A DNA stretch of 63,649 nt, filler included, from Sphacelaria rigidula (GCA_964200075.2; 8 parts of 8 records of this genome joined end to end with filler, not necessarily neighbours in it); one strand, 5' to 3'. Shown: positions 12,509-26,261, counted from the first letter of the whole stretch. Numbers and translations: made by a program. Notes: generated by a model not told the origin, from the letters alone.

Positions 12509-12749
12509 CTTCTCCTTCGAGAAATAGCCGACGATATGTGCCCCCTCGTCGTCGACCTCGCAAAGCACGAAGAACATGAAGGGGTCTACGTCGTAGTAAA
12601 GCGTCTTGTGATCCAAGAACAGCTTGGAGAGCAGGCACAAGTTCTGGCAGTACACTTTGTTCGTCTTGCCGTCCACCTCGAAAACGGATAGGCCGCAGCC
12701 TTGCCCACCTTCCGCCGTCTCGCGGTAGATTTCGTCGCCCGGCGGGTGT
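12509..12749 (-). CDS. MYST-family histone acetyltransferase (ESA1/MOF/HAM-like), internal exon of the MOZ_SAS domain
   Basis: HPPGDEIYR...[60 protein letters not shown] is the canonical MYST signature. Boundaries cag|A...AAG|gtacgt; starts in phase 2. Confidence 0.96.
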
Positions 12750-13565
12750 CTGTACCGTGTCCGTTTGAATTTTCGTTCCACGAGGGGAACGCGTGTGCAT
12801 GAATAAAGGACGTCATAACAGAGTACACTTATTTTCTGAGAATAAAAAATGGGGTGGGAATATGAACATTTATATATTCATAATACATACAACACCAGCA
12901 TCAACACTAGCACCAACAATAACATGTGAATCATGAGAAAATAACAACATTGATTGGATCACGACAAGGACGTAAGGGGGAGGGGGGGGGGGAGATTTCA
13001 ACTACTTTTGTTGATCGAATCAATCATTCAAAACCCGGCGCACATCAGTGTATCTACACATGACGATAGAGACGTGACCGCCCGCAACCCCCACCAGATC
13101 AGAATGCTCGAATGACCATCGTGAACACTGCTCTACGAGCCTTGACATTCCGTGCCTGATACATTGCTTGCGTTGTTGATCGTGCTACATAGCGAGCTCG
13201 CGACGAGTCCACCACGCGTACTCGCAAGTTTTTCACGCTGGCAAGATTTTCCGACAACGCTGCAAACTACTTCAAGGGTTGACTGCCCGAAAAAAAATAT
13301 GCGAGCAAAAAAAGAGCTAACGTGTTGCCAATACTCGCCATCCCAAACACACACATACATTTTGATTGATTGTTTGATCGTCGCACTTTAAGTGACCCCC
13401 CAGGGGTCCAGCCGTGGTTTCAAAGATAAACGAAATTGAAACACGCTCTGAGAAAAAAAGAAGGAACAGAAAAAAAAAGGAGGGGTCGAACAAAACGACA
13501 TAGCAGACTGAGTCGTGACAAAAAAAAAAGTAATAATACATACATGCGCAAAAGCCGTCCGTCAC

Positions 13566-13645
13566 CTGAGCCGACACACGCTACGGTGTTTCCTGAGCGT
13601 GCACTTCTGCCGGATGTACTTGAGGCAAAACTCGCATACATAGAG
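13566..13645 (-). CDS. MYST acetyltransferase, C2HC zinc-finger exon
   Basis: Boundaries ctgcag|CTC...AG|gtgac. Encodes LYVCEFCLKYIRQKCTLRKHRSVCRL. The phase-2 end splices to 12749 to give R-HPPG. Confidence 0.94.
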
Positions 13646-14077
13646 CTGCAGATCGTTCGTCCACCACCACCATTGCAGATATACATACGCACACACGCGC
13701 GCACACGCACGCGCGCAAAACGCACAAAAAAGATACGTGAACAAAACAAAAAACAAAAAAAGACCATGAAGAGGACAGCAAATTATAATCATGCTTTTTT
13801 TTTTTTTTAATAAAAAATAATGGCACGCCACGCCATTTGGTGTCAAACCCTGTGGCGCAAAAAATTTAGTCTTGGTTGTCGTTCTCCTCTCTTGTAGGCA
13901 CAGTATTATAGTATACTTCACTTCAACAACGCACGACTATGACAGCAAACACGAAAACCCCTTCCTGACGAGACTGTGGTTTGGATCATGACCCTGGTTT
14001 GCTTGTTCCATTTCTCTCACACTTACCCCTTATCCTAAAAGGGGGAATTACTGTTTTTCGTTTATAGGTATAACGTT

Positions 14078-14116
<39 letters not shown>

Positions 14117-14903
14117 ACACACACCGACCCCCCCACCCACCCCAACACCACCACAAAACNNNNNNNNNNTTTTTTTTTTTTTTTCTCCCACCTTTTCCCC
14201 CTTACCCAAAAGGGGGAAATTTTTTTTTTTTTTTTTTGGGTAAAATGTTCCCCCCCCCCCCCCCCCCCCCTGACCCCGCATAAAAATAGTTGAGCCGAAG
14301 TTTCGGCAAAAACCGAGTACATGACAGTATTTGTACGTTTGCCTTACAATTATGTTTCTGTCGTCTCACACGGTGACTAAACCAGGGATATCCCCGATTT
14401 TGTTTTCGTTCTTCTTTCTTCTTATCGATATGTACCTTCATCGTTCTCACACAAAATGAAAAACCGAACGGTTGAAAGGGTACTCATTGGAAAAAGAAAA
14501 AGAAACGGGTGATCGGGACAGAGAAAGAAAAGAGCTACAAACCTCAAGTCACCAACTTCGTTGAAAAGGAATAAAAGACGCACAAGGGGACCGGTAATGA
14601 GGCAGTAGCAGCAGCAGCAGCAGCAGCAAAAACAAAATAACATGAATCTAACCCTTCCCCGAGCGGAACAGTTTTTTATTTTCGAAGTTTCCATGGTATG
14701 CTAACCCGTCGGCAACGATTTTCCTTGAAAAATACAGCCAGGCATATAATGCCACACCGGAATGATCAGTTCTGTCTTCAAGAAAGAGATTCCGGCATAC
14801 TACGGGCGATTTCAGTGCAAGAACTTTCACTTGGGGCCGAAACATGTATCTCATCGCTCAAGAAGTGGCATATCTCGCAGTCCTGGGCTCATACCCCCCC
14901 CTC

Positions 14904-15840
14904 CATCTGGGAGAAGAGGAACTGATGATCGTAGACCAGCATACATACCTTGGCATAGATATATAAAAAAACTGTTCTTGGGATGTACACATGAATAAAG
15001 TAATAGAGAAGGATAAGGCACAGATAGGCAGGATGAACGTGATTCTCAGAAACTCGCACCTAGACTCTAGGATCAAGAGATGTATCCTGATGAGCGTGAT
15101 CGTACCAAAGCTGGAATATGCAGAAGTGTAGGAGGGGAACGCGAAGTTGGTGGAGAGGTTGGAAACAGTACAGATGGCAGCAGCTAAGAAAATACTTGAA
15201 TGCTCGAAAACGACGAGTATTACAGTTTTGAGAGCAGAGTTGGAAATGTACTCCCTTGAAACAAACAGGGACATGAAGAAATTGAGATGGCAAAAGAGTG
15301 TAAGGAACACGCGGAGAAAGAGATTGCCAGCTATAGTTGATGGGGCTGTAAGGAAGAAAAGTACGATAGGGCAGGCTGGAATGAGGTGGGATAGAGAAGT
15401 CGAGAAAGTATGGAAGGAGATAGGAGGACGAAATAATACTGTCCGTAGGGGAAGGCGCGGGGTACAAGGCAAAAGTAAGGAACATGATAGAAACAAGGGG
15501 AAAAGAAGCACTCAGACGCGAAGTAGACAAGGAAAAACACCTGAAGATATACCGGAGGCTGAGAGGAGGAATAGGGGTGAGAACATATCTACATGGCCCA
15601 ATGGACGCGGCGAAAAATTGAAACTTCGATTTCGGGTGGGGGACCTGGACTTGCCACAAAGAAGAAGGAGATATACCCGTCGTCGAAAGGAGGAGGAAGT
15701 AGATGGACAGAACTGCCTCTGTGACGAAGCAATAGAAAACAGAAGCCATATAGTTGCAGAATGTGAGTTATACAAGGAGAAACGGGACGTGCTGGAGGGG
15801 GAAATGCGGGACGTGACCGAAGATGGCATGAAATCGTTTG
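14904..15840 (+). mobile_element. Degenerate 5'-truncated LINE (family A), post-RT region with C-terminal CCHC knuckle
   Basis: Collinear with ~61220-62140. Peptides YLGxDI, PKLEYAEV, LETVQMAAAKKIL and CLCDEAIENRSHIVAEC, with stops and frameshifts. Preceded by C-run 14894-14904. Confidence 0.88.
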
Positions 15841-15940
15841 NNNNNNNNNNNNNNNNNNNNNNNNNNNNNNNNNNNNNNNNNNNNTTAATTAATTAANNNN
15901 NNNNNNNNNNNNNNNNNNNNNNNNNNNNNNNNNNNNNNNN

Positions 15941-15993
15941 AGGGATGCGAGGTCTATGGTCTTATGACTATGGCATGCATGATCATGAGTACA
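15941..15993 (+). mobile_element. 3' tip of non-LTR family B with poly(C)
   Basis: agggatgcgaggtctatggtcttatgactatggcatgcatgatcatgagtaca followed by (C)9. Confidence 0.75.
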
Positions 15994-16967
15994 CCCCCCC
16001 CCGTAGCATGGCTCGCGATCGGGCCGTTCGGTCGTCAAACGTTAACGAAAAGTCGGCCTTGATACTAAGACCGAGCAGTCGAACGAACACCTTCACGCCG
16101 TTGAACGTTTTTCGGAGTTCGATCCTCAATCTTCGCATATATATATATGCTATGATCCATAACGAAGCGTTCCGATGTTGGGGTCTTGAGATTTTGTTTT
16201 TAATTCGCCGGTTATCGGGGGTCCGAGAAGAGCATGTGACTCCCCAGTGCTCCGGGACCCCCCGTCTACCGGCGAAATTGAGAAGCAAATCAGCAAATGA
16301 AAGACCCTAATCGCAGAGAAAGGGCACAATGGACCATAGTGTATGTGCGCGCAGTTCCAGAGTCTGACTTCAAACAACGGCGTGAATGTTTGCGGATGAG
16401 TGAATTATGGGCGATGAGGGTGAAACAGCTATACGTAGCTAGCCTGCAACGCTGCGCGAGCCAGACGTAGTCGATTTTTTATTGGCATTCTCAATGTATT
16501 GTATCACGTCGCCACACTTCGCAACCACCCCAAGGTATAGCGGGTTCGAGCAAAATGAGGTGAATCGCGGTAGACGAAGAATCATGCTATAAAAACTGCA
16601 CCCCAGATTCGGGTATCACCTCGGGGCTGTGTAAGCACGTGAAGCATACGCACCCAGTGACTCGTAGTTCAGACGGTAATTGTCGTGTCCACGATGCTAC
16701 ACTTCATGTACACATGCACAAATCAAGGCGGATAAATGAATGCAGCAGAATGCAGGTAGATAATCGAATACAAATCGGACCAGAAGTCCTTCATGACCGA
16801 GTAGATGGACAGCACGTGGTGGTTGGTTGACAACTCTGATGATCGCACCAGGCATGGGTAACTGACTGAAACAAGATGTAACTGCTTTCAGTTCCGACAG
16901 GACTGGCGCAAAAGCGTAAAAACTCTCTTGTGCTCCCTCCCACCCTCCGTTCGCGTTCTATTTCCAG

Positions 16968-17686
16968 CTCTGTTCGACCCGGTGGCAGTCACGTGCCATC
17001 TGGGCGACAGTCCCTGGATGGGCCACTATGTGACCTACTCTAGGGAGAATGCGGCTAAATACTCCCCTTGGTTGAAGTTCGACGACACCAAGGTCTCCCA
17101 GGTGCCGTTCACGGACATGCTCTCCACCAATATGCGCAAAAATGCGTATATTCTGTGGTACCGCCGGGCGGATGATTTTTCCAGGTGTAGCCACAGGATG
17201 CAGTTCACGCTTTCGACCGTCCCCCGCACGACCAGCAGCAAAAATATCTCTGCCATAGCCAGTACCGTTCCAACCAGCGGCAGCCAGCTTGCTACGGTGG
17301 CCAACGCCGATAAGATCGACTCCACCCTCATGGGCAGCAGCAGCAGCAACAACAACAACAACAGCAACAACAACAACAACAACAGCAAGAGCAACAACAA
17401 CAACAACAACAATCGCAAGAAGGGCAACCACAACATCAAGAAGAACGGTGAAAACAGCAACAACAAGAAGGAAGGCAACGGTGGAAAAGAAGAAATGAGT
17501 CTCTCGGTCCCATGCGTTACGGTCAGTGCTTCCCTGCGGAGGTGTTGCGGAGGGGAGGCGGAGGGGGAGGGGGAAGCGATATCTTCGTCACACGCATGGC
17601 ATCATCTGACGGTTTGCGTGTTGGCAAGACCGTTCTCTCCCCTTGCTCGCTGTTCACTGCAGAGTAGTCCGCCCTCCGTGAGATGA
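16968..17686 (+). CDS. Ubiquitin-specific protease (peptidase C19) C-terminal His-box exon with Asn-rich tail; 3' boundary uncertain
   Basis: Acceptor tttccag|CT. AVTCHLGDSPWMGHYVTY...WLKFDDTKV...NAYILWYRR matches USP boxes 'H.G....GHY', 'W..FDD..V' and 'AY.L.Y'. In-frame (AAC)n follows. Confidence 0.78.
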
Positions 17687-20600
17687 AGCTACGTATGGTG
17701 TTGGGGCACATGATGTATGTCTTTACCAATCACCCCCTACCCCGGTTTCCCTCTGTCCATGCTCAAGATTCATTTGCATATCGACGGCTGAATGTTTGGC
17801 ATCGCGAGGCGTCACCTATTAATATACCCAGGCAGCAAGTTCATTTCCGCCGGTGGGTTTCTAGATTGGATGGGCTTGTTATTCCTCCTCCCCCGTTTCT
17901 ATCTCTTTCTCCAATTTTGCTGGTGGCCGCACTCTGTGCTGGGTTGTTACGCCGTGCGTTTGAATTTTGCGTCGTTCACAAAGGGTACGTGTCGACCCCC
18001 CCCCGGTTCCCCCGTTCGGTTCCCCCTCTGGTCCACGATCTGTACGATTGTGGGGTTTGTAAATGGGAACGTCGCATGAGTAGGATCAGCAGACCCGTCG
18101 TTTTAGCTTCGGTTGCTTTACTGGACGCTGGGTCTGCAGTGGTCTTATTGTTTTGCCTTTTCGCATGTGCTACCCCAAGTACACCTGTAGTATCTCTTCT
18201 AGGTGATGTCGTTGTGCGGTGTAGGCTCACTTGGATGCTTGATCTGCTATGGGGCTTCGTGTCTCGATGACCGGGCAGCAGGGGCACGAGTACCGCGCGG
18301 TAGACTTGTGGACACGGTTGTCGTACCGTTGGCCTACGACTATCAGCAGTTCATGGCCTTGCCGATAATCTCGCAAATGCGTCCTTCGCGGGAGGTAGTG
18401 TTGGGCATTCGCCCTCTCTCGTCCTCTTTTCGTGTGTGTCACCCGTTGTGGCACGGTAGTCGTTCAGCGCTGCGCCGTCTGTTTCGAGTGTCGTGCGATT
18501 TCACGCCATTTCTCTGGAAAATCGCAATTTGTCTGTCGATGACCGCACTCGTGCGTGCATCGCACACGGCATAACCGTCGTTAGATGGGGTAGGCGATGC
18601 ACTGGATTGCAGATAACGCATACCGTTCCTCTCCTGTGAAGCGATGCTGTGTGGCCAGTTGTACGCAGGACTTCCAATCTGGGCTTCTGTTCGGCGGTTA
18701 GTCACGTAGCAATAGCCCTCGCGACTTGTGAGAGAGAGCGCGGAAACCGCGTCCCTCAACCAGTATTGTAGTCTGAATTGCTTCCGTGCCGTAGGCTATC
18801 GGCATCTTGCACGTGGAACCGTTTCATTTCCGCCTAGGTAGAGAAGAGATTCACGATTTTTGGCGTTTTGTCGTCAAAGGAGTGCATGGTGGGCGCGTCC
18901 ATCTCCCCATGTTGGCTTTGTACGACTCAGCTACTCCAAGACAGAAGGTTCCAGGTTCTCGTTCGCGTGTGCCGAAAATTGTGTTTCCCCCTGCTGCGCC
19001 ACGATTTTGGTATCCGTTGGATCTCCGAAAACCGTGTTAGAATGACAGTTAGCATGTGCTTGTTGGAATGGCAGTTGGTAAATATTGAGTCTGCCTGTCT
19101 GAATTGAGTAGCAAGTGGAGAGACTGTAACTGTTCTTGCGTAGTGTTGGTCGAACTCTCGTTGCCCCCCCCCTCCCCCCGCTGGCCTGACAGTCACCGCC
19201 CAATACGCTGGGTATGACCTATGCCGACTAGCGAGGACGTCGAGATGTTTTGTCACTTAGATTCTACACGTGCTGGTGGTGTGTCGGGTTGAATGTGCCC
19301 TTAGTTCGAATTACGAGGACTATTGTTGCTGGTTGGCATCAGTTCAAACAGCAGCAGCATATAATATTTTGTAGACCTTAATAAACTTGAGTGGCAATTG
19401 AAGTAAGCCGCATAAGCTATAGCTATGCTGTGCGAAGTTTTAGAGGCAGCGGCTAGTGCATGCCGTACAGTACATGCTCGTATGTATACATACATATTTG
19501 GAGTTAACCTATTTCTCCACACGGGTGCACGCGTGACGTGTATCGATAATGATCCAGGCTGGTGTATGTCTGCACCTCGAATGTACGAAGAGAGATGGCG
19601 TGATTTGTCATGAGCATGTTGACGTGGTTCCGTTTCCGGCGTGCTTCCGCTATCTTGTATCAGGGTCAAACCCGCGTGCTTCAGAGTATTTCTTGCTCAA
19701 GCCTTTTATACTGGGAGCGGGTTGCACAATCTTTAGTGTGGGCTGTTCAGTTACGCTTCGGTTTCTACGGAGCGGCCGTCTGATTCCAGGTCACTACCTT
19801 ACGGCGCCATGCGTGCTAGACACGCTAGACGTACCTCCGCTCAGGCTTGCTTTTCTAGGCTGCTGGCGCAGGCTATTGGTGCTCAAGGTCTGAGTCGTGC
19901 GTTTCAGGCTTGTTGGCACACGTGATTGTTCGGGACCGGTGTGGGGGCATTGATGTGCTCTTCAGTCGTTCTCTCGGCGCACGTGATGAAGCCGCCGAGG
20001 TTTGTTTTGCTCATTGTTGTTGTTTTGCTGTGGCACCTGCTATCGGTTCATCCCATCTCGGTGCCGTGGCCACGCTATCGCTGGTGGGTGGGCTTTGGTG
20101 CCGTTCCTGTTTCGAGAGTCGAGAGGATAGCAGTACGCCATAGTATCGCTCCTGGTCTGTTGGCAGTCGCACGTGGGATGTGTTGAAAGTACGGCGTGTG
20201 TTCAGTGTCGATCGAGCGCTGTCCTTCCGAAACCCGTGTTATTCGTTTCTACGAGCGAACACATTCGATTTCGGTGGACCTCGCATATCGATGACGGGTG
20301 GCAAAGTGTATGGAGTACTGGTGGGCGGAGAGCTAGAGCTGCGGCCAGCTGACTCTTGCTGCGCATGCCCCTCGGTACTGACGGCCTCTAGTATACACGC
20401 CAGTTCTTCCAGGCAAAAAGGCCATATTGGTGATCGTTGTCGATACATAGATTGAGTAGCGGCGTGTCATTCTTCTCACCACTTGTAGGTGTATGTGGTG
20501 GATTGTCATAGTAGTTGGTACGTCGTGGCAGTACAATAGCACACGGGGGATATGGTTGTCGTATGGACGCCACTGAAAGCATGACGGACACACGTTGTAC

Positions 20601-22269
20601 TCTGGTCCTCGTAGTATCTACTTTGTTCCTGGGTCGTTGTTTATCGTTCGACACGGGTATCGAAATCTGGGTGATCATGGATTTCAGACACATCGGTGGC
20701 GCACCGCACGCGGTTGCGGTATGCTGTGTAGGATAGGATAATCCCTTAAGGCAAAAGTAGGTAGAGGAGAAAGTTCTTTTTACATCCAAAATAATGAAGC
20801 AGCGGTCAGCTATTGCGGTATTGATCCCTCTAGTGGTAACTTCTCTCGAGGAGGCGTGGTTGGTTCTAGAACAGAGACGCATGACTGCTGCCTGAGCCAA
20901 CGTTTACATCGAACGGAGTTGTGTGTGACCCATTTTTTCATGGTAGCGTTGGACATACGATCCAGATATTCGTTGGTCCGTTGTCCGTTGCTCGATCTCG
21001 AGAAAGCATGGTGCCAGGACCCATTGTTTTGGTGCCGGACGTGTATGAATGTGGTAAATGACTCGCGTTTGTGCTGAGCTGTTTTCAATGAGTAGGGGTT
21101 TTGTATGGGTCTCCTGAAGCGGTAAGGATGGATCGTGCCCGTTACAAGTAACCATCTTACATCATTATTGTTGTACGTCCGACTCCTGCCAACCGTGGGG
21201 ACGAGCCCGCAGCCTCGAGGGATCAGCCCATCTTTCCCGTGTCACCTGCCTGACCTTGTAAGGTTGCGGGGACTGGATCACCACTCCCGCATCCCGTCGA
21301 CTCTCATAGAATTCAGTTGCTCCTCATTTCCCTTCACGTCTTCACGCCTCCGACGACGCAAGATAGGTCTTGGCAATATTTTGTTTTCGCTTTGTCGTCC
21401 TACTTGCTACTCGTCCCCTTCCTTCCTCGAGAGGAGCCCGTGGTACACACCTTGCATCCCGTGGGTCAGCACTCCCGCACCGTGTCGACTCTCTCGTTAG
21501 ATGAACTCCCTTTGCTGCTCACGTCCTCGCATCGCCAACAAAGGGAATCAGATACTTTGCAGAAAATAAACATTTGCACATGTATGGCGGGAATCAGACC
21601 CGTTTTTCACCGACCTCATTGATTTCAGATATACTAACTAAACCACGAGGTTGTGGCGACAATATCGCCAAGATCATGTGTCGTGATCGTAGGTCGGTGG
21701 AGCTGACACCTACAAGCGTTGACATCAACACAGCAACTTGCGATGAGATGTGTGTCTCGACCCCCCACCCCCCAAACCCGTGCGCCTCACATGTCGAGAA
21801 CCAGAACCGGCCACGCGTGCGCGCCTCCTGACCAGGCTATTCATGAGCGGCAGGGGGGGCCTGAGTAGTGGAGAATCTATAAAAACTCACATTGCCAACA
21901 ATACCCACTCTACCGCAGGTGATACGTGATCTCACGCACTCGCTTGATGAAGAAGGCAGATAGCAACATTGGAAATGTATTTTTTGCGAGTGGATTGGCA
22001 CTCTCCGCTGGTATCAGACGTTGGATGCATGCGTTCCGCCCCTGGCTCGTTGTACTGCAAAGTAGCGCATTTTCAGAGTCGGTTTGTGTCGGGGCGAAGG
22101 CATTGCTGTAGCAAGGGTGACGTTCAGAACGAGGTCCTTTTCAGTGTTCATTTTTTGCAGAATTCGATACCTCCGAGACAACGAAACGCCGTACAAACCA
22201 CGCACGCAACGCGTTGAGAGCGCACCGTTTGCTTCACACATTGTTATTGTCCATGATCACTGGGCATGG

Positions 22270-22359
22270 AACCTTGCGATTCTCAGGTCTTTGGTTGGTG
22301 GTCTTTGGGGCCTCAACCTTGCGATTCTTAGGTCTTTGGTTGGTGGTCTTTGGGGCCTC
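22270..22359. repeat. Tandem duplication, 2 x 45 bp
   Basis: aaccttgcgattct(c/t)aggtctttggttggtggtctttggggcctc occurs twice. Confidence 0.9.
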
Positions 22360-22740
22360 GAGTTTCGCCCGTAGTCGGACCCCATGTTTATTTCTACTTG
22401 GCCTCGCGCGTCGGGTTGGAAAGCCGGGTGCCACCCCCTGAAGTGCAAATGGCCACCTGCGGCACCGGATCTTCTTAGGTTAGCCATATTTGTGCTCCTT
22501 CTTCATTACTGTTTATTCCTGTTTTTCTTGTATCGCGTTTTGTGAGTTTGTTTCCTGGGTCTATGTTTTGTTTTGTTTTGTTTTGTTTTGTTTGATCTCC
22601 TCATATCTCACTGTCGGTAGCTAGCCTGTGACGACGAAAGGCGTCCGCATCAGATACCCAGTACGAATGTACCGCGCACATATCGGAACGGTTTTTGATG
22701 TGAAGACGGCAACAGCAACAACAACAGCAACAACAACAGC

Positions 22741-22786
<46 letters not shown>

Positions 22787-23979
22787 GTATTGTATCGGCC
22801 ACCAAAGTGTTTTGGGGGCGTGCACGTTTCGACATATGCGAAGCACGCAAATGAGGAAAGTGCAGGCCTGATTCATCGATTCATCGATCAATTGATTGAT
22901 TGCCGTACCTTGAATCCAACCGCTGTCACAAAGTGGACGTATCTTACAAATCGTATAGTATATACCGCTAAATGAGACGTGAGGCAGGGACAATACAAAG
23001 AAGGAAGAGAGAATAAATAGAGCGAACTACAAACGGAAAGAAGGGAGAAGTCAGGCAAAATATCTACCACCCATCCCGTGGAAAAGGCCAGGTCTCTGTC
23101 CCATAACCTCAGGTGAGAACAACGTACAAGAGCAGAACGAAACAAGACGAAACAACGCCGTGGAAGCCGGTAGCGACCAGAGCTTGTCACGAAGCTTCGG
23201 TACAAGACGGGACGGGAATGTTCCCCCGTCGACGAAACCTCAGCGGGACGACACAGGAACAGTTTTTCCATTACCGAAAACCCAAGGGACAGGACGGGAG
23301 CGATTTTCTCTCCGCCGCGAAAAAAATGCGTGACGGGAAGAGATTTGGGGGACTGACGGGAAGAAACCGAAACTGCCGTGCCGTTGCGTGCCGTGCCATG
23401 CCGTGCCGTGCCGTGATCACGGGAATATGAGTGTACCCCTCTCAAAATGAGGGCATTCATAACACCATATTATAGTGCGATGCTTGAGTACCTCTAGCTT
23501 CAATCACAGCGCGAATGGAATCGGATTTGCCATGTGCACGCGCTGGACAAGGAATGATGGGACGCTTGGTTGACTTTGCTCGCCTCGTTACCCTATTCTA
23601 TCGAATGCCGTGTTTGTTGATGTATCATTTTCAAAACATTGTTGCCCAACTCTCAACCAATCATCGGTGGATGAGTGACAAGTCTTGTTCACGCTTCGGA
23701 TCACTCAAGGGTAACCGAAGACCGGTATCCCGTGCACCATCCCCCCCCCCCCCCCCCCCAGGGGCCGCCCCCCCCACTCGTGCCCGGCGCGCCCCCCGCG
23801 CGCTCTCCCNNNNNNNNNNNNNNNNNNNNNNNNNNNNNNNNNNNNNNNNNNNNTTAATTAATTAANNNNNNNNNNNNNNNNNNNNNNNNNNNNNNNNNNN
23901 NNNNNNNNNGGCCCAACTCGTCTGTGTCGATGAAATATTGCTTTTAGAGCTTAAATCCGTTTTTAGGCTGGCCCAGCTC

Positions 23980-24469
23980 GTATGGGGTTGGCGTCGGTTA
24001 GCGATGATGCTGTAGAACACACCTCTCACTGCGTAATCTAGGCAACCAGATTGCCCGATTTGTTTTGCGCGCTTGCGGTTTTTTTCGCGGTAACCATGAT
24101 TGTGGTCGAGCTAGATCATGTTGTGCTGGGTGGGAGGTCCTCCCACGCATAGGGGATGATATTACTACGTAGTGTTCGAATGGTGAGACACCCATGAGGC
24201 AGTGTATACGCCGTGACTGTCTCTGGAAGTGGCGATACCAGAAAATAGAGCAACTCATTGGAGACTGTCATGATCAGTGCGCTCCGGGCCGAACACTCCC
24301 AGCAGGATGCAGCTCACCCTACATGCGACTCCCCGAACACACCACAGCGCTTCGCGCTTGGTGATTGATTGCGAGCCTGGTTTGACGAAAACCCGGCCTG
24401 CTCCGTCGTGGCTTGGGTAGGGTTGCGAGGTCAATGGTGATGAATATGGCATGCAAGATCATGAGTATA
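23980..24469 (+). mobile_element. Non-LTR family B copy (~490 bp; may extend to the contig start)
   Basis: Collinear with 62389-62907 from tatggggttggcgtcggtt to atcatgagtata, then a C-run. Confidence 0.8.
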
Positions 24470-24603
24470 CCCCCTCTCTCTCACCCTGGATGTCTGTCCA
24501 TCACCCTACTACCCTTGCTAACCCTCCATGTTTCTCGTTACCCTACTACCCTTGTTTGTTTGTCTTTCGCATGGGGTTCTTCCATTGGTGTTTGCTTTGC
24601 CAG

Positions 24604-24741
24604 CATCTCACCATGGAGCTGCAGCGGCGTTTGAATGTGTTGAACCAGCTCCACCAGCGCATGGATAGTAAGGGCGCAGATGGTGCTGAGGTTGGTGGCG
24701 GGAGTAGCAGGAACGGGAACTCCGAGGCGATGGCCTTCGAG
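24604..24741 (+). CDS. Internal exon, uncharacterised protein
   Basis: Boundaries tttgccag|CAT...TTCGAG|gtattt, 138 nt, phase 0/0. HLTMELQRRLNVLNQLHQRMD...AMAFE. Confidence 0.7.
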
Positions 24742-25129
24742 GTATTTCCTTTTCCTTCGATTGAAACCGTCATGCATGAGGACGTAGATCGCCATCGGAG
24801 AAACCCCATGGGTCAAAACAGAAGATTTATGGCGAAACAAGAGAAAATGTCGTGAAAGACAGAACCATGGTATTTTCCGTAGCGAACCATTATCGTGGGG
24901 AAAAAAGGAAAATAATAAAAGCGTGCAGACTCCAAGAGACCCTCTCGTGTTCCGGAGAAGTGTGCCATGTCTGTATTACAGTAACGTAGTAACCCCGCCG
25001 ATCCATCCTTGGCCACGCACACGGCGCACCAACCGCCTGATCTCCTCCTGTGCTTATTTGACCCCCTCTCCGTGTTTGCCGCCCTTCGTCATCTGTGTTG
25101 CCTTACCCATGCACTACACACACTGCGCT

Positions 25130-25165
<36 letters not shown>

Positions 25166-25166
25166 G

Positions 25167-26261
25167 TTGATGCGAGAGGTAGCCAACGAAGTGGTGACGG
25201 TGCTCCGCAAAAAGCTGACCAAGCTAGAAGCCAAGGCCGGCGGCTACCGGGTAGCTCTGGCGAGCGCGCAAGCTGCAGCTAGCGCCAACGCCGCCGCGCA
25301 CGCGCAAGCAACCAAGTCTGCCACCGCCGCTGCTGCCACCGCCGCTGCTGCCACCGCCGCTGCCGCCACCACCGCCGCTGCTTCGTCAAACTCTGCGAAC
25401 CGTTCCCAAGGTTCCGAAGGCACCACGGGTTCTGGTGGTTCTGCAGAGGGAACCGCAGATGGTGCTGAGGGCGATGGTCTCGCGGGTGTGGATCCTAATG
25501 CGACGTCGACGGTAGCGGCGACTGCAGCGGCATCCGCGGCAGCGGCGGCAGTCGGGACGGAGGGGCTGAACCTCTCCCGACAAATGTTGCAAGAGAGGAG
25601 AGAACTATCGCGTATGCAGACGTCCCTGACGCAGGCTCAGGAATCCGTCACGGCGTGTTCTGGTCTCATCACCACTATCTTGTTTAACCTCGTGGCCATG
25701 GCGTGCAGCTACGATCTGCACCATGCGAATGCGATGGCGGGCGTAATCTGCGAGCGCGTGTCGGCCGGAGATGCCCAGTTCGTCAAGCTAACCAAGGCTC
25801 CCTTCGCGCTCGAGTTGTTCGGAATTATCACGGAGAACTGGGCGCCTGTCACGGGTTGCCTCACGCGAGGCGGTTCGAGTAAGAACGGCGCGGCGGTTAG
25901 GACACCGAGGCACGTCCTGGCCCTTCTGGCGAAGCTGGCTCCGGAGGCTGTGAAGCACATGGACGACGACTGCTTGAACATCCATCTGTCGCGTCTGTGT
26001 AATTCTCTCGCGACCGCGGCGAACAATGTGATAGGGGCTTTGCGCAAGAGTAAGACTGCAACGCCTCCTGCTGATCACTCGGAGAGGCAGGACCATCGAG
26101 AACAATCACAGCAGCAACAACCGCCCGGTCGCGGTGGTGGCAGCGGGTCTAGTAAGCGAGACGACCAAGTGGGTCGGAGTGAAAGAGCTGGGGGTGGAGA
26201 AAGCAGCAATAACTTGAGAGAGGATCACCCTGGAAATGCTGGTGTCCGCCTTGTCCGTGAG
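25167..26261 (+). CDS. Large internal exon, uncharacterised helical/Ala-rich protein
   Basis: Acceptor (caa)n-cag|TTG, 365 open GC-rich codons, donor CGTGAG|gtagtg in phase 0, joining VRLVRE to VSKWLSLFF. Confidence 0.8.

Noticed and set aside
17700-22250. Many 60-190 aa ORFs
   Set aside because: No recognisable motifs or consistent splice structure; possibly decayed TE sequence, but I cannot support a call.
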